From assembly GCA_051954115.1 (NCBI GenBank), contig JBQCIB010000032.1, positions 4,872 through 68,871 of the forward strand: 64,000 bases of DNA. The letters run 5' to 3'. This document shows, in pieces, positions 33,386 to 43,073 of the stretch. The DNA is from Solirubrobacterales bacterium. GTDB taxonomy: Bacteria > Actinomycetota > Thermoleophilia > Solirubrobacterales > 70-9. A program made the translations under genes and the position numbers. The notes under the pieces were generated by a model. It saw only the letters and a list, made by a program, of their open reading frames with translations. It did no database searches and was not told the origin of the DNA. Numbering within the stretch: position 1 is the stretch's first letter; every line of letters starts with the position of its first letter.

Positions 33386-34642
33386 TTAGGTGCGCGGAAG
33401 GTCCGGGAAGTCCCCGATGACCCGCTCGAGGGTCGCCAGCGCCCGGTCCAAATGCTCGCGCTCGTGCGTCGCCATCAGGCTCGTCCGCAGCAGCGCCCCT
33501 CCCGGCGGCACCGCCGGATGGATGGCGACGTTGGTGTAGACGCCGTTGTCGAAGAGCGCCTTCCAGAGCAGGACCGCCTGCCAGTCGTCGCCGACCACCA
33601 CCGGCACCACCGGCGTCGTCGCCACGGTGCCGTCCGGGAGCGTCCCCGGCTCGACGACCTCGAGGCCGAGGTTGCGCAGGCCTTCGCGCAGGTACTCGGC
33701 GTTGCCCAGCAGGCGCTCGAAGAGCTGCGGCCCGTCCTCGCGGATCACCCGCAGCGCCGCCAGCGCGGCGCCGACCGCGGCTGGCACCGCGGAGGCGCTG
33801 AAGATGAAGGAGCGCGAGGAGATGCGCAGGTACTCGATCACGTCTTCCGGCCCGGCGATGAAGCCGCCGCAGGAGGCGAGGCTCTTCGAGAAGGTCCCCA
33901 TCCGCAGGTCGACCTCGTCCTCGAGCCCGAACAGCTCGCTGGCACCGGCGCCGCGGGCGCCGAGCACGCCCGCCCCGTGCGCCTCGTCGACCATCAGTCG
34001 CGCCCCGTGGGCCTGGCAGAGCTCGACGATCCGCGGCAGGTTGCAGACGTCGCCCTCCATCGAGAAGACGCCGTCGACGACGACGAGGACGCCACCGCCG
34101 TCCTTGGCGGCGCGCTGCAGCATCTTCTCCAGCTTGTCCATGCGGTTGTGGCGGAAGGGGCGCAGCTTGGCGCCGGCGAGGCGGCAGCCGTCGAGGATCG
34201 AGGCGTGGTCGCCGGAGTCGCAGACGACGGTGTCGCCGGGGCCGAGGATCGTGCCGATGCAGCCGACGTTCGACTGGTAGCCGGTGGTGTAGACGATCGC
34301 GCCCTCGGTCTGCATCCACTCCGCCAGCTCCTGCTCCAGTTCCAGGTGCAGGGGGGTCGTGCCGTTCAGCAGCCGCGAGCCGGTGACGCCGGTGCCGTAG
34401 GTCTCCAGCGCCTCGCGCGCCGCCTGCTTCACCCGTTCGTCGCCGGTCAGCCCCAGGTAGTTGTTGGAGCCGAGCATGATCGTCTCCCGGCCCTCCATCT
34501 CGACGACGGGGCCGGCCTGCGAGGTCAGCAGGCGGAAGTAGGGCAGGAGGTCGTGCTCCTTGGCGGCTTCGAGTTGCTCGAGGCGGTCGTGGCTGCGCGC
34601 CTTCTCGAAGACGTCGACCGGAGCCTTCGCGGTCTCGCTCAT
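33386..34642 (-). CDS. PLP-dependent alpha-oxoamine synthase (KBL / serine-palmitoyltransferase-like)
   Basis: LLPYFRLL..IMLGSNNYLGLTGDERV..GYQSNVG..VVDGVFSMEGD..DEAHGAGVLG..GTFSKSL carries the PLP lysine. The start was trimmed to ATG 34642. Confidence 0.85.
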   Translation of the reverse strand: MSETAKAPVDVFEKARSHDRLEQLEAAKEHDLLPYFRLLTSQAGPVVEMEGRETIMLGSNNYLGLTGDERVKQAAREALETYGTGVTGSRLLNGTTPLHLELEQELAEWMQTEGAIVYTTGYQSNVGCIGTILGPGDTVVCDSGDHASILDGCRLAGAKLRPFRHNRMDKLEKMLQRAAKDGGGVLVVVDGVFSMEGDVCNLPRIVELCQAHGARLMVDEAHGAGVLGARGAGASELFGLEDEVDLRMGTFSKSLASCGGFIAGPEDVIEYLRISSRSFIFSASAVPAAVGAALAALRVIREDGPQLFERLLGNAEYLREGLRNLGLEVVEPGTLPDGTVATTPVVPVVVGDDWQAVLLWKALFDNGVYTNVAIHPAVPPGGALLRTSLMATHEREHLDRALATLERVIGDFPDLPRT

Positions 34643-34670
34643 CTCCGGAAAGTGTAGGTTGCCCACCGGC

Positions 34671-35816
34671 ATGGGCGAGATCACGATCCGGCCGGTCCGC
34701 AACCGGCGCGACCTCAAGCGCTTCATCGACCTGCCTTACCGCCTGCACGCGGGGACCCCCTGGGTGCCGCCGCTGAAACTCGAGCGGCGCCTCTTCCTCA
34801 GCCGCAAGCTCAACCCCTATTTCAAGCACGGCGAGGCCGAGTACTTCCTCGCCCTGCGGGGGGAGCGGGTGGTCGGGCGGATCACCGCCCAGGTCGACCA
34901 CGCCTTCAACGAGTTCCACCAGAGCCGCTGGGGGAACTTCGGCTTCCTCGAGCTGGAGGACGACCCGGAGGCGATGGCGGCGCTGCTCGCCGCCGCCGAG
35001 GACTGGCTGCGGCAGCGCGGCTGCGACCGCATGGTCGGGCCGATGGACTTCTCGATGAACGAGGAGAGCGGGGTGCTGATCGAGGGGCACGAGCTACAGC
35101 CGCTGATCCGCCAGCCCTGGCAGCCGCCCTACTACCAGCGCCTCTGCGAGCAGGCCGGTCTCGAAAAGGCGATGGACCTCTACTCCTGGTTCCTGGAGAT
35201 CAGCGACCGCGAGGACATCCTGCCGGTCCTCTTCCAGCTCGACGACGCAGCGCGCGAGAAGCACGGGGTGAAGATCCGCCGGATGTCGCGCCGGCACCTG
35301 CGCCAGGAGATGGACCGCTTCGCTGAGATCTACAACGCCGCCTGGTCTGAGAACTGGGGCTTCGTGCCCTACTCGAAGGAGGACCTCGACGCCTACACGA
35401 TGGACATGCACCTCGCCTTCGCCAAGGACTGGTTCATGGTCGCCGAAAAGGACGGGGAGACGATCGCGGTGGCGATCACCCTGCCGGACCTCAACCAGGT
35501 GCTGAAGAAGATGAAGGGGCGGCTGCTGCCGCTGGGCTGGTGGCACTTCCTCCGTCGCAACCGGATCTGCGATCAGGTGCGGATCGGCTTCCTCGGGGTC
35601 AAGCCCGAGCACCAGCACACCGGGGTCGCGGCTTCCCTCTACATCGAGCACTTCAACACCGCCGAACGGGCGCGCCAGGACCACGGCGAGGCGGGCTGGA
35701 TCCTCGAGACCAACGAGGCGATGAACCGCGGCCTGGAGGCGATGAGCGCGGAGATCGTCAAGAAGTACCGTGTTTACGAGCGATCCCTCGGCGGGGGCGA
35801 CCAGCCGGCGCGCTAG
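34671..35816 (+). CDS. Large GNAT-like acyltransferase (about 380 aa)
   Basis: MGEITIRPVRNRRDLKRFIDLPYRLH..GFLGVKPEHQHTGVAASLYIEHF. It is divergent from the alpha-oxoamine synthase gene with 28 bp between the starts. Confidence 0.65.
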   Translation: MGEITIRPVRNRRDLKRFIDLPYRLHAGTPWVPPLKLERRLFLSRKLNPYFKHGEAEYFLALRGERVVGRITAQVDHAFNEFHQSRWGNFGFLELEDDPEAMAALLAAAEDWLRQRGCDRMVGPMDFSMNEESGVLIEGHELQPLIRQPWQPPYYQRLCEQAGLEKAMDLYSWFLEISDREDILPVLFQLDDAAREKHGVKIRRMSRRHLRQEMDRFAEIYNAAWSENWGFVPYSKEDLDAYTMDMHLAFAKDWFMVAEKDGETIAVAITLPDLNQVLKKMKGRLLPLGWWHFLRRNRICDQVRIGFLGVKPEHQHTGVAASLYIEHFNTAERARQDHGEAGWILETNEAMNRGLEAMSAEIVKKYRVYERSLGGGDQPAR

Positions 35817-35826
35817 AGTCGCCGGG

Positions 35827-36153
35827 GTGGAAGAGCTGCAACTCGACGGCGAGGTGATCGCCGAAGAAGACGCCGGCCCGCGCGACGCCACCAACCCGAT
35901 CCGACCGCTCCCCGCGAGCTACGAAGAGCCGTCCGGCGCCTCGGTGGCCCTGCGGCCGGAGGTGCGCACCGCCGCGCTTGCCGCGGCCGGAGGGGTCTTG
36001 GCCGGAGCCGCCACCGTTGCCGCCGTGCGAGCCGTAACCAGTGCCGCCACCAAGGTCAAGCCCAAGCGGCGCTTCAGTGGCCGCCGGGTCGAGCGCCAGA
36101 ACGTGATCGCCAGCCGCTCCTTCCTAGTCGACGTTCACCTGCTGGGACGGTGA
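35827..36153 (+). CDS. Hypothetical protein with one predicted TM helix
   Basis: It starts at GTG 35827 and contains AALAAAGGVLAGAATVAAV. The stop overlaps the next start (GTGA). Confidence 0.4.
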   Translation: MEELQLDGEVIAEEDAGPRDATNPIRPLPASYEEPSGASVALRPEVRTAALAAAGGVLAGAATVAAVRAVTSAATKVKPKRRFSGRRVERQNVIASRSFLVDVHLLGR

Positions 36154-37091
36154 CGCTCGAAGTCGAGGTGCGGCCGCCGTCGCCTTTCCGGCTGCCGCGG
36201 GGGAGCGCCGACCGGACGCTGCGCGTGCGGGGCGGGGTGGCGACCAGGCTGCTCCACGTCGACGGCAGCCCTGTCCTGGCCCGGGCCTGGCAGCCGGGCC
36301 GAGGCCGGGTGCGCTTCCGGGCCGAGGCGGTCGACCCCGAGCGCGTCTCGTGCCCGCAGATCGTCGCCGCGCCCGCCGGGAAGACAGCGAGGCGGGAGCA
36401 GCTCGAGGGGGCAATCGAGCGGATGCGCTGTGCGCTCTGGGTCGACGCCGACCTCTCCGACTTCTATCGCCGCTTCCGCCGCGACCCGCTGGTCGGGCCA
36501 CTGATCCGGCGCCGCCCCGACTTCCGGCCGCAAGGACGGCCGTGGCCGTGGGAAGCCCTCGCCGCTGCCGTCGTCGGGCAGCTGATCGAGGCCCAGCGGG
36601 CGGCGCTGATCGAGCGGCGGATCGCCGGCCGCTGGGGCCCGCGGCTGGGCGAGGGGCGCACCGCCCTGCGCGACGTTCCCGGTCCCGCGGCGATCGCCGG
36701 CCGCGCGCCGGCAGAACTCGAGTCGATGGAACTGGTGGGAAAACGCGCGGTGGCGCTGCGGCGGCTGGCCCGCGACGTCGCCGCCGGCCGCTGCCGGATC
36801 GAGGACCCGGATGGCGATAAGCGGCTGCTCTCGGTCCCGCAGATCGGCCCCTGGACCGTCCAGTGCCTGGGGCTGTTCGGCCGCAACGAAGTCGATTCCC
36901 TGCCCGCCGGCGACCTCGGCTACGTCAAGCTCGTGGGCCGCCTCGCCGGCCTCGGCCGCCGCGCGACGATCCCCGAGGTCGAAGAGTTCTACGCCCCGTA
37001 CGAGCCCTACCGGGGCCTCGTCAGTGCCCTCACCCTCGCTGGGCTCTACCGGCTCGTCCCGCAGGGCCCGCCTATGCGCCTGGCCGCCTAG
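36150..37091 (+). CDS. HhH-GPD DNA glycosylase (AlkA / 3-methyladenine glycosylase II-like)
   Basis: PWEALAAAVVGQLIEAQRAALIERRI..LLSVPQIGPWTVQCLGLFG..DSLPAGDLGYVK carries the HhH-GPD motif with the catalytic Asp. Confidence 0.75.
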   Translation: MTLEVEVRPPSPFRLPRGSADRTLRVRGGVATRLLHVDGSPVLARAWQPGRGRVRFRAEAVDPERVSCPQIVAAPAGKTARREQLEGAIERMRCALWVDADLSDFYRRFRRDPLVGPLIRRRPDFRPQGRPWPWEALAAAVVGQLIEAQRAALIERRIAGRWGPRLGEGRTALRDVPGPAAIAGRAPAELESMELVGKRAVALRRLARDVAAGRCRIEDPDGDKRLLSVPQIGPWTVQCLGLFGRNEVDSLPAGDLGYVKLVGRLAGLGRRATIPEVEEFYAPYEPYRGLVSALTLAGLYRLVPQGPPMRLAA

Positions 37092-37149
37092 CTTTCCCAC
37101 CGCCGCCCTCAGCTCAAGCAGCCCTTCGGAGGGGTCGATAGCGAGGAAG

Positions 37150-39447
37150 ATGCACGTCCCCGCCGACAGGAACTGGCCCGAACACGAGGTGAAGCGGTTC
37201 CTCGACGAGCTGGTCGCCGGCGGCCATGACTTCCGCCGCCTGGTCGAGCAGCTCCCGGTGATCGTCTACGCCGCCGAGCTCGGCGAAAACGGCCGTTGGC
37301 GCTACGTCAGCCCCCAAGTCGAGGAGATCCTCGGCTACCGGCCGGAGGAGTTCGTCAGCGACCCGAGCCTCTGGGCGCGGCTCCTGCACCCCGAGGACCG
37401 TCGCCTGGCGCTCGAGCACGAAACCGAGGAGCAGGTCGGCAGACGGGACATCATCCCGGTCGAGTACCGGATGTGCCGGCGCGACGGCTCGATCGTCTGG
37501 ATGCACGACGAGGCGGTGCTGGAAGCTGGCGAGGACGGGGTGCCGATCTGGCACGGCGTCCTCTACGACGTCAGCGAGCGCAAGGAGGCCGAGCAGGAGC
37601 TGCAGCGGGCGCTCTCCCAGCAGGCGGTCGTTGCGCGCCTCGGCGAGCGGGCTTTGCAGAACGGCGACCCGGAGGAGCTGATGGAGGTCGCCACCGAGCT
37701 GATCGCCAAAGTCGCCGGCGTCCACAGCGCCTGCATCTGGGAGCTGGGGCGCGACGGCCGCCGACTCAACCTCCGGGCCGGCCTCGGGGAGGCGGTGGTC
37801 GGCGCCGGGCGGAGGGTCTCCGCCTCCCGTGATTCCCACGCCGGTGCCGCGCTCGACTCCGGCACCCATGCGATCGTCCCCGACTGGGAGCAGGAGACCC
37901 GCCACACGATGCCGCCGGTCCTGCGCGTCTTCGGCGCCGCCAGCAGCCTCGCGGTGGTGATCGACGGCAAGAACCGGCCCTTCGGAGTGCTCGACGTCCA
38001 CGCCACCGAACCGCATCGCTTCAGCGCCAAGGACGTCCCCTTCGTGCAGGCGGCCGCCAACGTGCTTGCCGACGCGATCGAGCGCCACAACGCCGACCAG
38101 GCGCTCCGCTACCGCGTCCTCCACGACTCGCTGACGGGGCTGCCCAACCGCCTCAGCTTCGTCGACGCGCTCGGCGAGGCGCTCGTCAAAGCCGTCGTCT
38201 CCGGCTCCCCCGTCGGCATCCTCTTCCTCGACCTCGACCACTTCAAGCTGATCAACGACAGCCTCGGCCACCACGCCGGCGACGCCCTGCTGCGCGCGGT
38301 GGCGCCGCGCCTGCGCGCCCACCTGCGCCCCGGCGACGTCGTCGCCCGCTTCGGCGGCGACGAGTTCGGGATCCTGATCGACCGCCTCGCCGACGAAGGG
38401 GAGGCGGTCGCGATCGCCGACCGGGTCGCCGCTGCCTTCGCCCAGCCATTCACGATCGACGGCGTCGAGCACTTCGTCAGCGCCAGCATCGGCGTCGCCG
38501 TTTCTCGCCCCGGCGAAGAGCGCCCGGTCAACGCCGAGCTCTTGATCCGCGATGCCGACGCGGCGATGTACCGGGCCAAGGAGGGCGGCCGCTCCCGCTG
38601 CGTCCTCTTCGACGCCGAGATGCGCGCCGGCGCGATGCGGCGGCTGGAGGTCGAACGCGAGCTGCGCCATGCCCTCGACCGCGACGAGCTCGCCCTCTAC
38701 TACCAGCCGGTCGTCAACCTCCGCTCGGGCGCGATCGACGGCTTGGAGGCGCTGGTGCGCTGGCGCCACCCGGAGCGCGGCATGCTCGACCCGGGGGAAT
38801 TCGTCTCGATCGCCGAGGACAGCGGGATGATCGAGCCGATCGGTCGCTGGGTGCAGGAGCGCGCCTGTCGCCAGGCGCTCGAGTGGCACCAGTTGCGGCC
38901 GGACGCGCGCCCTCTGGACGTCGCCATCAACCTCTCTGCGCGCCAGGTCGCCCACCGCGACTTCGCCGCTACCGTCGAGGAGGTCATCGCCCGCACCGGC
39001 ATCGACCCGGTCCACCTGCGGCTCGAGATCACCGAGAGCGTCCTCGTCGACGAGTCGGCGACGGCGATCGCCTCGCTGGAGCGGCTGAACGAGCTCGGCG
39101 TGCGGCTGGTGCTGGACGACTTCGGCACCGGCTATTCCTCGCTCGCCTACCTCAACCGCTTCCCCTTCCACGCGCTGAAGATCGATCGCTCCTTCGTCGA
39201 AGCGCTCGGCATCGAGCAAGAGGCGACGGCGATCGTCGAGGCGATCATCGGCATGGCACGGGCGCTCTCGCTCGAGGTGATCGCCGAGGGGGTGGAGAGC
39301 GAGGTGCAGCTATCCGAGCTGCAGCGCCTCCGCTGCGACTACGCACAGGGGCACTTCTTCCAGGCGCCGATGCCCGAGCGCGAGGTGAGCCGGCTGATCG
39401 CCGAAGGCGCGCTCAGCTATTCCGGGATTTCGCCCGAGGGCAGATAG
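37150..39447 (+). CDS. PAS-GAF-GGDEF-EAL signalling protein (c-di-GMP turnover)
   Basis: The PAS region has YVSPQVEEILGYRPEEF. RFGGDEFGI is the GGDEF motif. LEALVRW..DDFGTGYSSLAYL..LKIDRSF are the EAL motifs. The start was trimmed to ATG 37150 after GAGGAAG. Confidence 0.9.
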   Translation: MHVPADRNWPEHEVKRFLDELVAGGHDFRRLVEQLPVIVYAAELGENGRWRYVSPQVEEILGYRPEEFVSDPSLWARLLHPEDRRLALEHETEEQVGRRDIIPVEYRMCRRDGSIVWMHDEAVLEAGEDGVPIWHGVLYDVSERKEAEQELQRALSQQAVVARLGERALQNGDPEELMEVATELIAKVAGVHSACIWELGRDGRRLNLRAGLGEAVVGAGRRVSASRDSHAGAALDSGTHAIVPDWEQETRHTMPPVLRVFGAASSLAVVIDGKNRPFGVLDVHATEPHRFSAKDVPFVQAAANVLADAIERHNADQALRYRVLHDSLTGLPNRLSFVDALGEALVKAVVSGSPVGILFLDLDHFKLINDSLGHHAGDALLRAVAPRLRAHLRPGDVVARFGGDEFGILIDRLADEGEAVAIADRVAAAFAQPFTIDGVEHFVSASIGVAVSRPGEERPVNAELLIRDADAAMYRAKEGGRSRCVLFDAEMRAGAMRRLEVERELRHALDRDELALYYQPVVNLRSGAIDGLEALVRWRHPERGMLDPGEFVSIAEDSGMIEPIGRWVQERACRQALEWHQLRPDARPLDVAINLSARQVAHRDFAATVEEVIARTGIDPVHLRLEITESVLVDESATAIASLERLNELGVRLVLDDFGTGYSSLAYLNRFPFHALKIDRSFVEALGIEQEATAIVEAIIGMARALSLEVIAEGVESEVQLSELQRLRCDYAQGHFFQAPMPEREVSRLIAEGALSYSGISPEGR

Positions 39448-40436
39448 GAGTTGTCGAGCAGTTCGCTCGTCTGCGGCAGCGATTCGATCAGGTCGTTGTC
39501 GCGCATCCAGCCGACGAAGGTTTCCCACTGCTTCGGGTCCATGTAGCCGTAGGGCTGGTTCGGGGTGCGGGCGCCGAGCAGCGGCAGCGTCGCTTTCACC
39601 TCCGCCGCGGTGAGTTTCGGTTCCAGGTCGGGATTGGCTTCGGTGATCGCCTTGGTCGCCGCTCCCGGGTTTTCGACCGCTGCCTTGGTCCCGCGCTCGA
39701 GGGCGGCGAGGAAGAGGCGGAACTTCTGCGGGTCTTCTTCCAGGGTCTTGCGGTTGGCGACGAAGACGAGCTCGTCGTAGGTCGGCACCCCGAGCTTGTC
39801 GACCGGCGTCACCACCGGCGCTTTGCCGCGTTCGCGCAGGTCGATCCCCTCGACGTTGGTGTAGCCGCCGAGCATCGCCTGCGCCGAGCCGCCGACGAGG
39901 GCGGGGAGGAGGCCGAAGCCGACGTTGACGCTCTTGACGTCTTCGGGTGAGAGGTTGACGCGGGCGAGGATCGTCTTCAGGAAGGCGTCCTGGTAGGGGA
40001 TGCCGGCGGTGGCGATCGTCTTCCCTTTCAGGTCGCCTACGCCTTTGATGCCCGATGATTTCAGCCAGATCAGCGAGGTGAGCGGGCGGTTGACGAGGGC
40101 GCCGACCGCGACGATCGGGAGCCCTTGCTCGTGGGCCAACGCGACCTCGGGCTCGTAGGAGATCGCCAGGTCGGTGCGGCCGGCGGCGACCTGCTTGACC
40201 GGCGCCGACGGGTCGGAGGGCGCGGTGATCTTGACGTCGAGGCCCGCTTCTTCGAAGTAGCCCAGTTTCTGGGCCATGTAGATCCCCGCGTGGTCGGGGT
40301 TGGGGTAGAAGTCGAGCGTTAGGCTGAAGGCTTCGCGTTCGCCGCCGCCTTCCTCGCTCTTCGCGCCGCAGGCGGCGAGAACTACGGCTAGGGCCAGGAC
40401 GGCAAGGGCGATCGCCGGGATCCGGAGTCGCGTCAT
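39417..40436 (-). CDS. ABC substrate-binding lipoprotein (NMT1/THI5-like; sulfonate/nitrate/pyrimidine type)
   Basis: The lipobox is VVLAACGA. Motif: LTLDFYPNPDHAGIYMAQKLGYFEEAGLDV. Confidence 0.8.
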   Translation of the reverse strand: MTRLRIPAIALAVLALAVVLAACGAKSEEGGGEREAFSLTLDFYPNPDHAGIYMAQKLGYFEEAGLDVKITAPSDPSAPVKQVAAGRTDLAISYEPEVALAHEQGLPIVAVGALVNRPLTSLIWLKSSGIKGVGDLKGKTIATAGIPYQDAFLKTILARVNLSPEDVKSVNVGFGLLPALVGGSAQAMLGGYTNVEGIDLRERGKAPVVTPVDKLGVPTYDELVFVANRKTLEEDPQKFRLFLAALERGTKAAVENPGAATKAITEANPDLEPKLTAAEVKATLPLLGARTPNQPYGYMDPKQWETFVGWMRDNDLIESLPQTSELLDNSYLPSGEIPE

Positions 40437-40446
40437 CGCCGGAGTT

Positions 40447-41199
40447 CTATCGCCAACGGATGACGCGCCGCTCTGCGAGGACGGTCAAGCCCATCAGGAC
40501 CAGCGCCATTGCGGAGAGGACGGCGACCGTGGCGAACTGCCGGGCGACTTCCAGGTAGGCGGCATCGGACTGGATCAGGTGGCCGAGGCCGGAGTTCGAA
40601 CCCGCCCACTCGGCGAAGACGGCGGCGATCGGGGCGAAGACCACCGAGATCTTCACGCCGGTGAAGAGATTGGGCAGGGCCGCCGGCGCTTCCGCGCGCC
40701 GGAACCGCTGCCAGCGCGAGGCATCGAGGCTGCGCATCAGCTTGATCGCCTCGGGGTCGACCGAGCGCAGGCCGTCGAGCACGTTGACCGTGATCGGGAA
40801 GAAGCAGAACAGGGCGACGATGACGATCTTCGGGGCGAGGCCGTAGCCGAACCAGACGACAAGGATCGGGGCGATCACGACCAGGGGGATCGTCTGCGAG
40901 GCGATGGTCAGCGGATAGCTCGCGTCGCGGACCACCCTCCAGCGATGCATCGCGACGGCGAAGCCGACGCCGACGACCGCCGCCGCGAGGATGCCGAAGA
41001 CGATCTCGCGCAGCGTCACCCAGGCGTTTTCGGCCAGCAGGCTGCGGTTCTCCCAGAGCGAGGAGGCGATTTCCGCCGGCGAGGGGACCAGGTACGGTTC
41101 GAGGCTGAAGAGTTCGGCGATCGCCCCGGTCGAGGTGGCGATCTGCCAGGCGCCGATCAGGGCGGCGAGCAGCGCCGCCGGCAGCAGCACCCGCCTCAC
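40447..41199 (-). CDS. ABC permease (SsuC/TauC/NitT family)
   Basis: It has several hydrophobic segments and the EAA-like loop LDGLRSVDPEAIKLMRSLDASRWQ. GTG 41199 overlaps the ATPase stop (GTGA). Confidence 0.85.
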   Translation of the reverse strand: MRRVLLPAALLAALIGAWQIATSTGAIAELFSLEPYLVPSPAEIASSLWENRSLLAENAWVTLREIVFGILAAAVVGVGFAVAMHRWRVVRDASYPLTIASQTIPLVVIAPILVVWFGYGLAPKIVIVALFCFFPITVNVLDGLRSVDPEAIKLMRSLDASRWQRFRRAEAPAALPNLFTGVKISVVFAPIAAVFAEWAGSNSGLGHLIQSDAAYLEVARQFATVAVLSAMALVLMGLTVLAERRVIRWR

Positions 41200-42014
41200 C
41201 GCGATCCCTCCCGCAGCGCGTGCAGGGCCTCTTCGCGGGCGGCGACGAAGCCGGCGTCGGTGACGGCGGCGTCGCGGTCTTCGGCCCGGCGCACCGGCAC
41301 GCTGAGCTCGGCGACGATCCGCGCCGGGCGGGCGGAGAGGACCGCCACCCGGTCGCAGAGGTAAAGCGCCTCCTCGACGTCGTGGGTGACGAGGACGGCG
41401 GTACGGGGGTCGGTGCGCAGCGCGGCGGCCAGCCACTCCTGCATCTCGGCGCGGGTGATCGCGTCGAGGGCGGCGAAGGGCTCGTCCAGGGCCAGTACCG
41501 GCTTGCCGGCGATCAGGGTCCGCAGGAAGGCGACCCGCTGGCGCATCCCTCCCGAGAGCTCAGCCGGCCGCGCCGTCTCGAAGCCGCCGAGGCCGAAGCG
41601 ATCGAAGAGCTCGGCGGCGGCGGCGCGGGCCGGCTCTCGTCGCATCCCCTGGTTCCGCAGGGCGAGGGCGGCGTTGTCGATCGCCGAGTACCAGGGGAGC
41701 AGCAGGTCGCGCTGGGGCATGAAGGCGCAGCGGGCGAGGCGGTCCGGGGCGGCCGTGCAACCGGCGACCGCGATCGTTCCGCTGCTCTGCTCCCGCAGCC
41801 CGCAGATCAACTCCAGCAGCGTCGACTTGCCGCAGCCGGAGGGCCCTACCAGGCCGATGACCTCGTGCGCGCCCACCGCGAGGTCGATCCCCGCCAGAGT
41901 TTGCAGCTCGCCGTAGGCGTGTTTCACTGCGGACAGGGAGATTCCCTCGGCGTCGCCTGAGGGGGGTGGGGGAGCGCTCGCCATCGTTTGCGATTGCCCA
42001 CTTTCGGGCTTCAT
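41196..42014 (-). CDS. ABC ATP-binding protein (SsuB/TauB type)
   Basis: Motifs: GPSGCGKST, LSGGMRQRVAFLRTL, LALDEPFAALD. The start is ATG 42014 or 41984. Confidence 0.85.
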   Translation of the reverse strand: MKPESGQSQTMASAPPPPSGDAEGISLSAVKHAYGELQTLAGIDLAVGAHEVIGLVGPSGCGKSTLLELICGLREQSSGTIAVAGCTAAPDRLARCAFMPQRDLLLPWYSAIDNAALALRNQGMRREPARAAAAELFDRFGLGGFETARPAELSGGMRQRVAFLRTLIAGKPVLALDEPFAALDAITRAEMQEWLAAALRTDPRTAVLVTHDVEEALYLCDRVAVLSARPARIVAELSVPVRRAEDRDAAVTDAGFVAAREEALHALREGSR

Positions 42015-42100
42015 GCTGGTATCCTGGCGCACTCCGCACTCCTGACCAAGGAGGTCAGGAAAGTCGAAATCAGGGTGGTGCGGAGCCCGAGGGAACACAG

Positions 42101-43060
42101 ATGGACCCGGCAATCGTCCTTTTCGGATTGGGCATCGGCGTACTCGTCGGCATGACCGGCATGGGCGGCGGCTCGCTGATGACCCCGCTGCTGATCCTGA
42201 TCTTCGGGATCCAGCCGACGACCGCGATCGGCACCGACATCTTCTATTCGGCGGTCACCAAGACCGTCGGCGGCTGGCGCCACTTCCGGATGAAGACGGT
42301 CAACATGGAGCTGGTCCGCTGGCTCGCCACCGGCAGCGTCCCCGCCGCGGTCGCGGGGGTGGCCCTCGTCTCCTACATCCAGGGCCAGGTCGGCGAAGAC
42401 CGCCTCAACGAACTCGTCTACGCCGTCCTCGGCGGCACCCTGCTGATGGTCGGGATCATCACCCTGGCGCGGGCGCTGATCCTGCGCAGCCTGATCGAGG
42501 AGCGCGACCGCTTCGAGGTCGAGCGCCGCCACAAGGTCGCGGCGATCGCCATCGGCGCCACCACCGGCTTCGTCATCGGCATCACCTCCGCCGGCTCCGG
42601 CACCGTGATCGCGATCCTGCTGATCGCGGTCTACCGCCTGGCGCCGAAGAAGGTCGTCGGCACCGACGTCTTCCACGCTGCGGTCCTGCTCTGGGCGGCC
42701 GGCCTCGCCCACTGGGTCGGCGGCAACGTCGACTTCGTCCTCGCCGGCAACATCCTCCTCGGCTCGGTTCCGGGCGTGGTGATCGGTGCGGCGCTGTCGG
42801 ACAAGGCGCCCCAGGGCTTCATCCGCACCGCGCTCGGGCTCGTCCTCGTCGGCTCCGGGATCGTCACGGTCCAGAAGGGCGACCCGAGCGTCTGGCCGAT
42901 CGCCGCCGGGGTCGCCGCGATCGGGCTCGGCCTCATCCTCTATGTGCCGCACTGGCTCAATCGCCGCCGCGAGGCACAGCGCGTCGAGGAGGCGGAGATC
43001 GCCCACCGGCAAGAGCTGGATCAGGCGCGGGCGCTCGGTCGCACCCTGCCTGCCGACTGA
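42101..43060 (+). CDS. TauE/SafE (TSUP) family anion/sulfite exporter
   Basis: GIGVLVGMTGMGGGSLMTPLLILIFG is followed by about 8 TM helices. GAGGGAA sits 6 nt before ATG 42101. Confidence 0.8.
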   Translation: MDPAIVLFGLGIGVLVGMTGMGGGSLMTPLLILIFGIQPTTAIGTDIFYSAVTKTVGGWRHFRMKTVNMELVRWLATGSVPAAVAGVALVSYIQGQVGEDRLNELVYAVLGGTLLMVGIITLARALILRSLIEERDRFEVERRHKVAAIAIGATTGFVIGITSAGSGTVIAILLIAVYRLAPKKVVGTDVFHAAVLLWAAGLAHWVGGNVDFVLAGNILLGSVPGVVIGAALSDKAPQGFIRTALGLVLVGSGIVTVQKGDPSVWPIAAGVAAIGLGLILYVPHWLNRRREAQRVEEAEIAHRQELDQARALGRTLPAD

Positions 43061-43073
43061 TTAACTAGGAGAC

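Noticed and set aside
40590-40615. tRNA-like GGAGTTCGAACCC (T-loop-like TTCGAA) sequence
   Set aside because: It lies inside the ABC permease coding frame (..SNSGLGH..). The flanking bases do not form a T-stem or a cloverleaf.
42015-42100. Possible TPP (THI-box) riboswitch upstream of the NMT1/THI5-like ABC operon
   Set aside because: Neither strand shows the conserved CUGAGA or ACCUGAUCUGGAUAAUGCCAGCG-like cores. Only generic hairpins are present.
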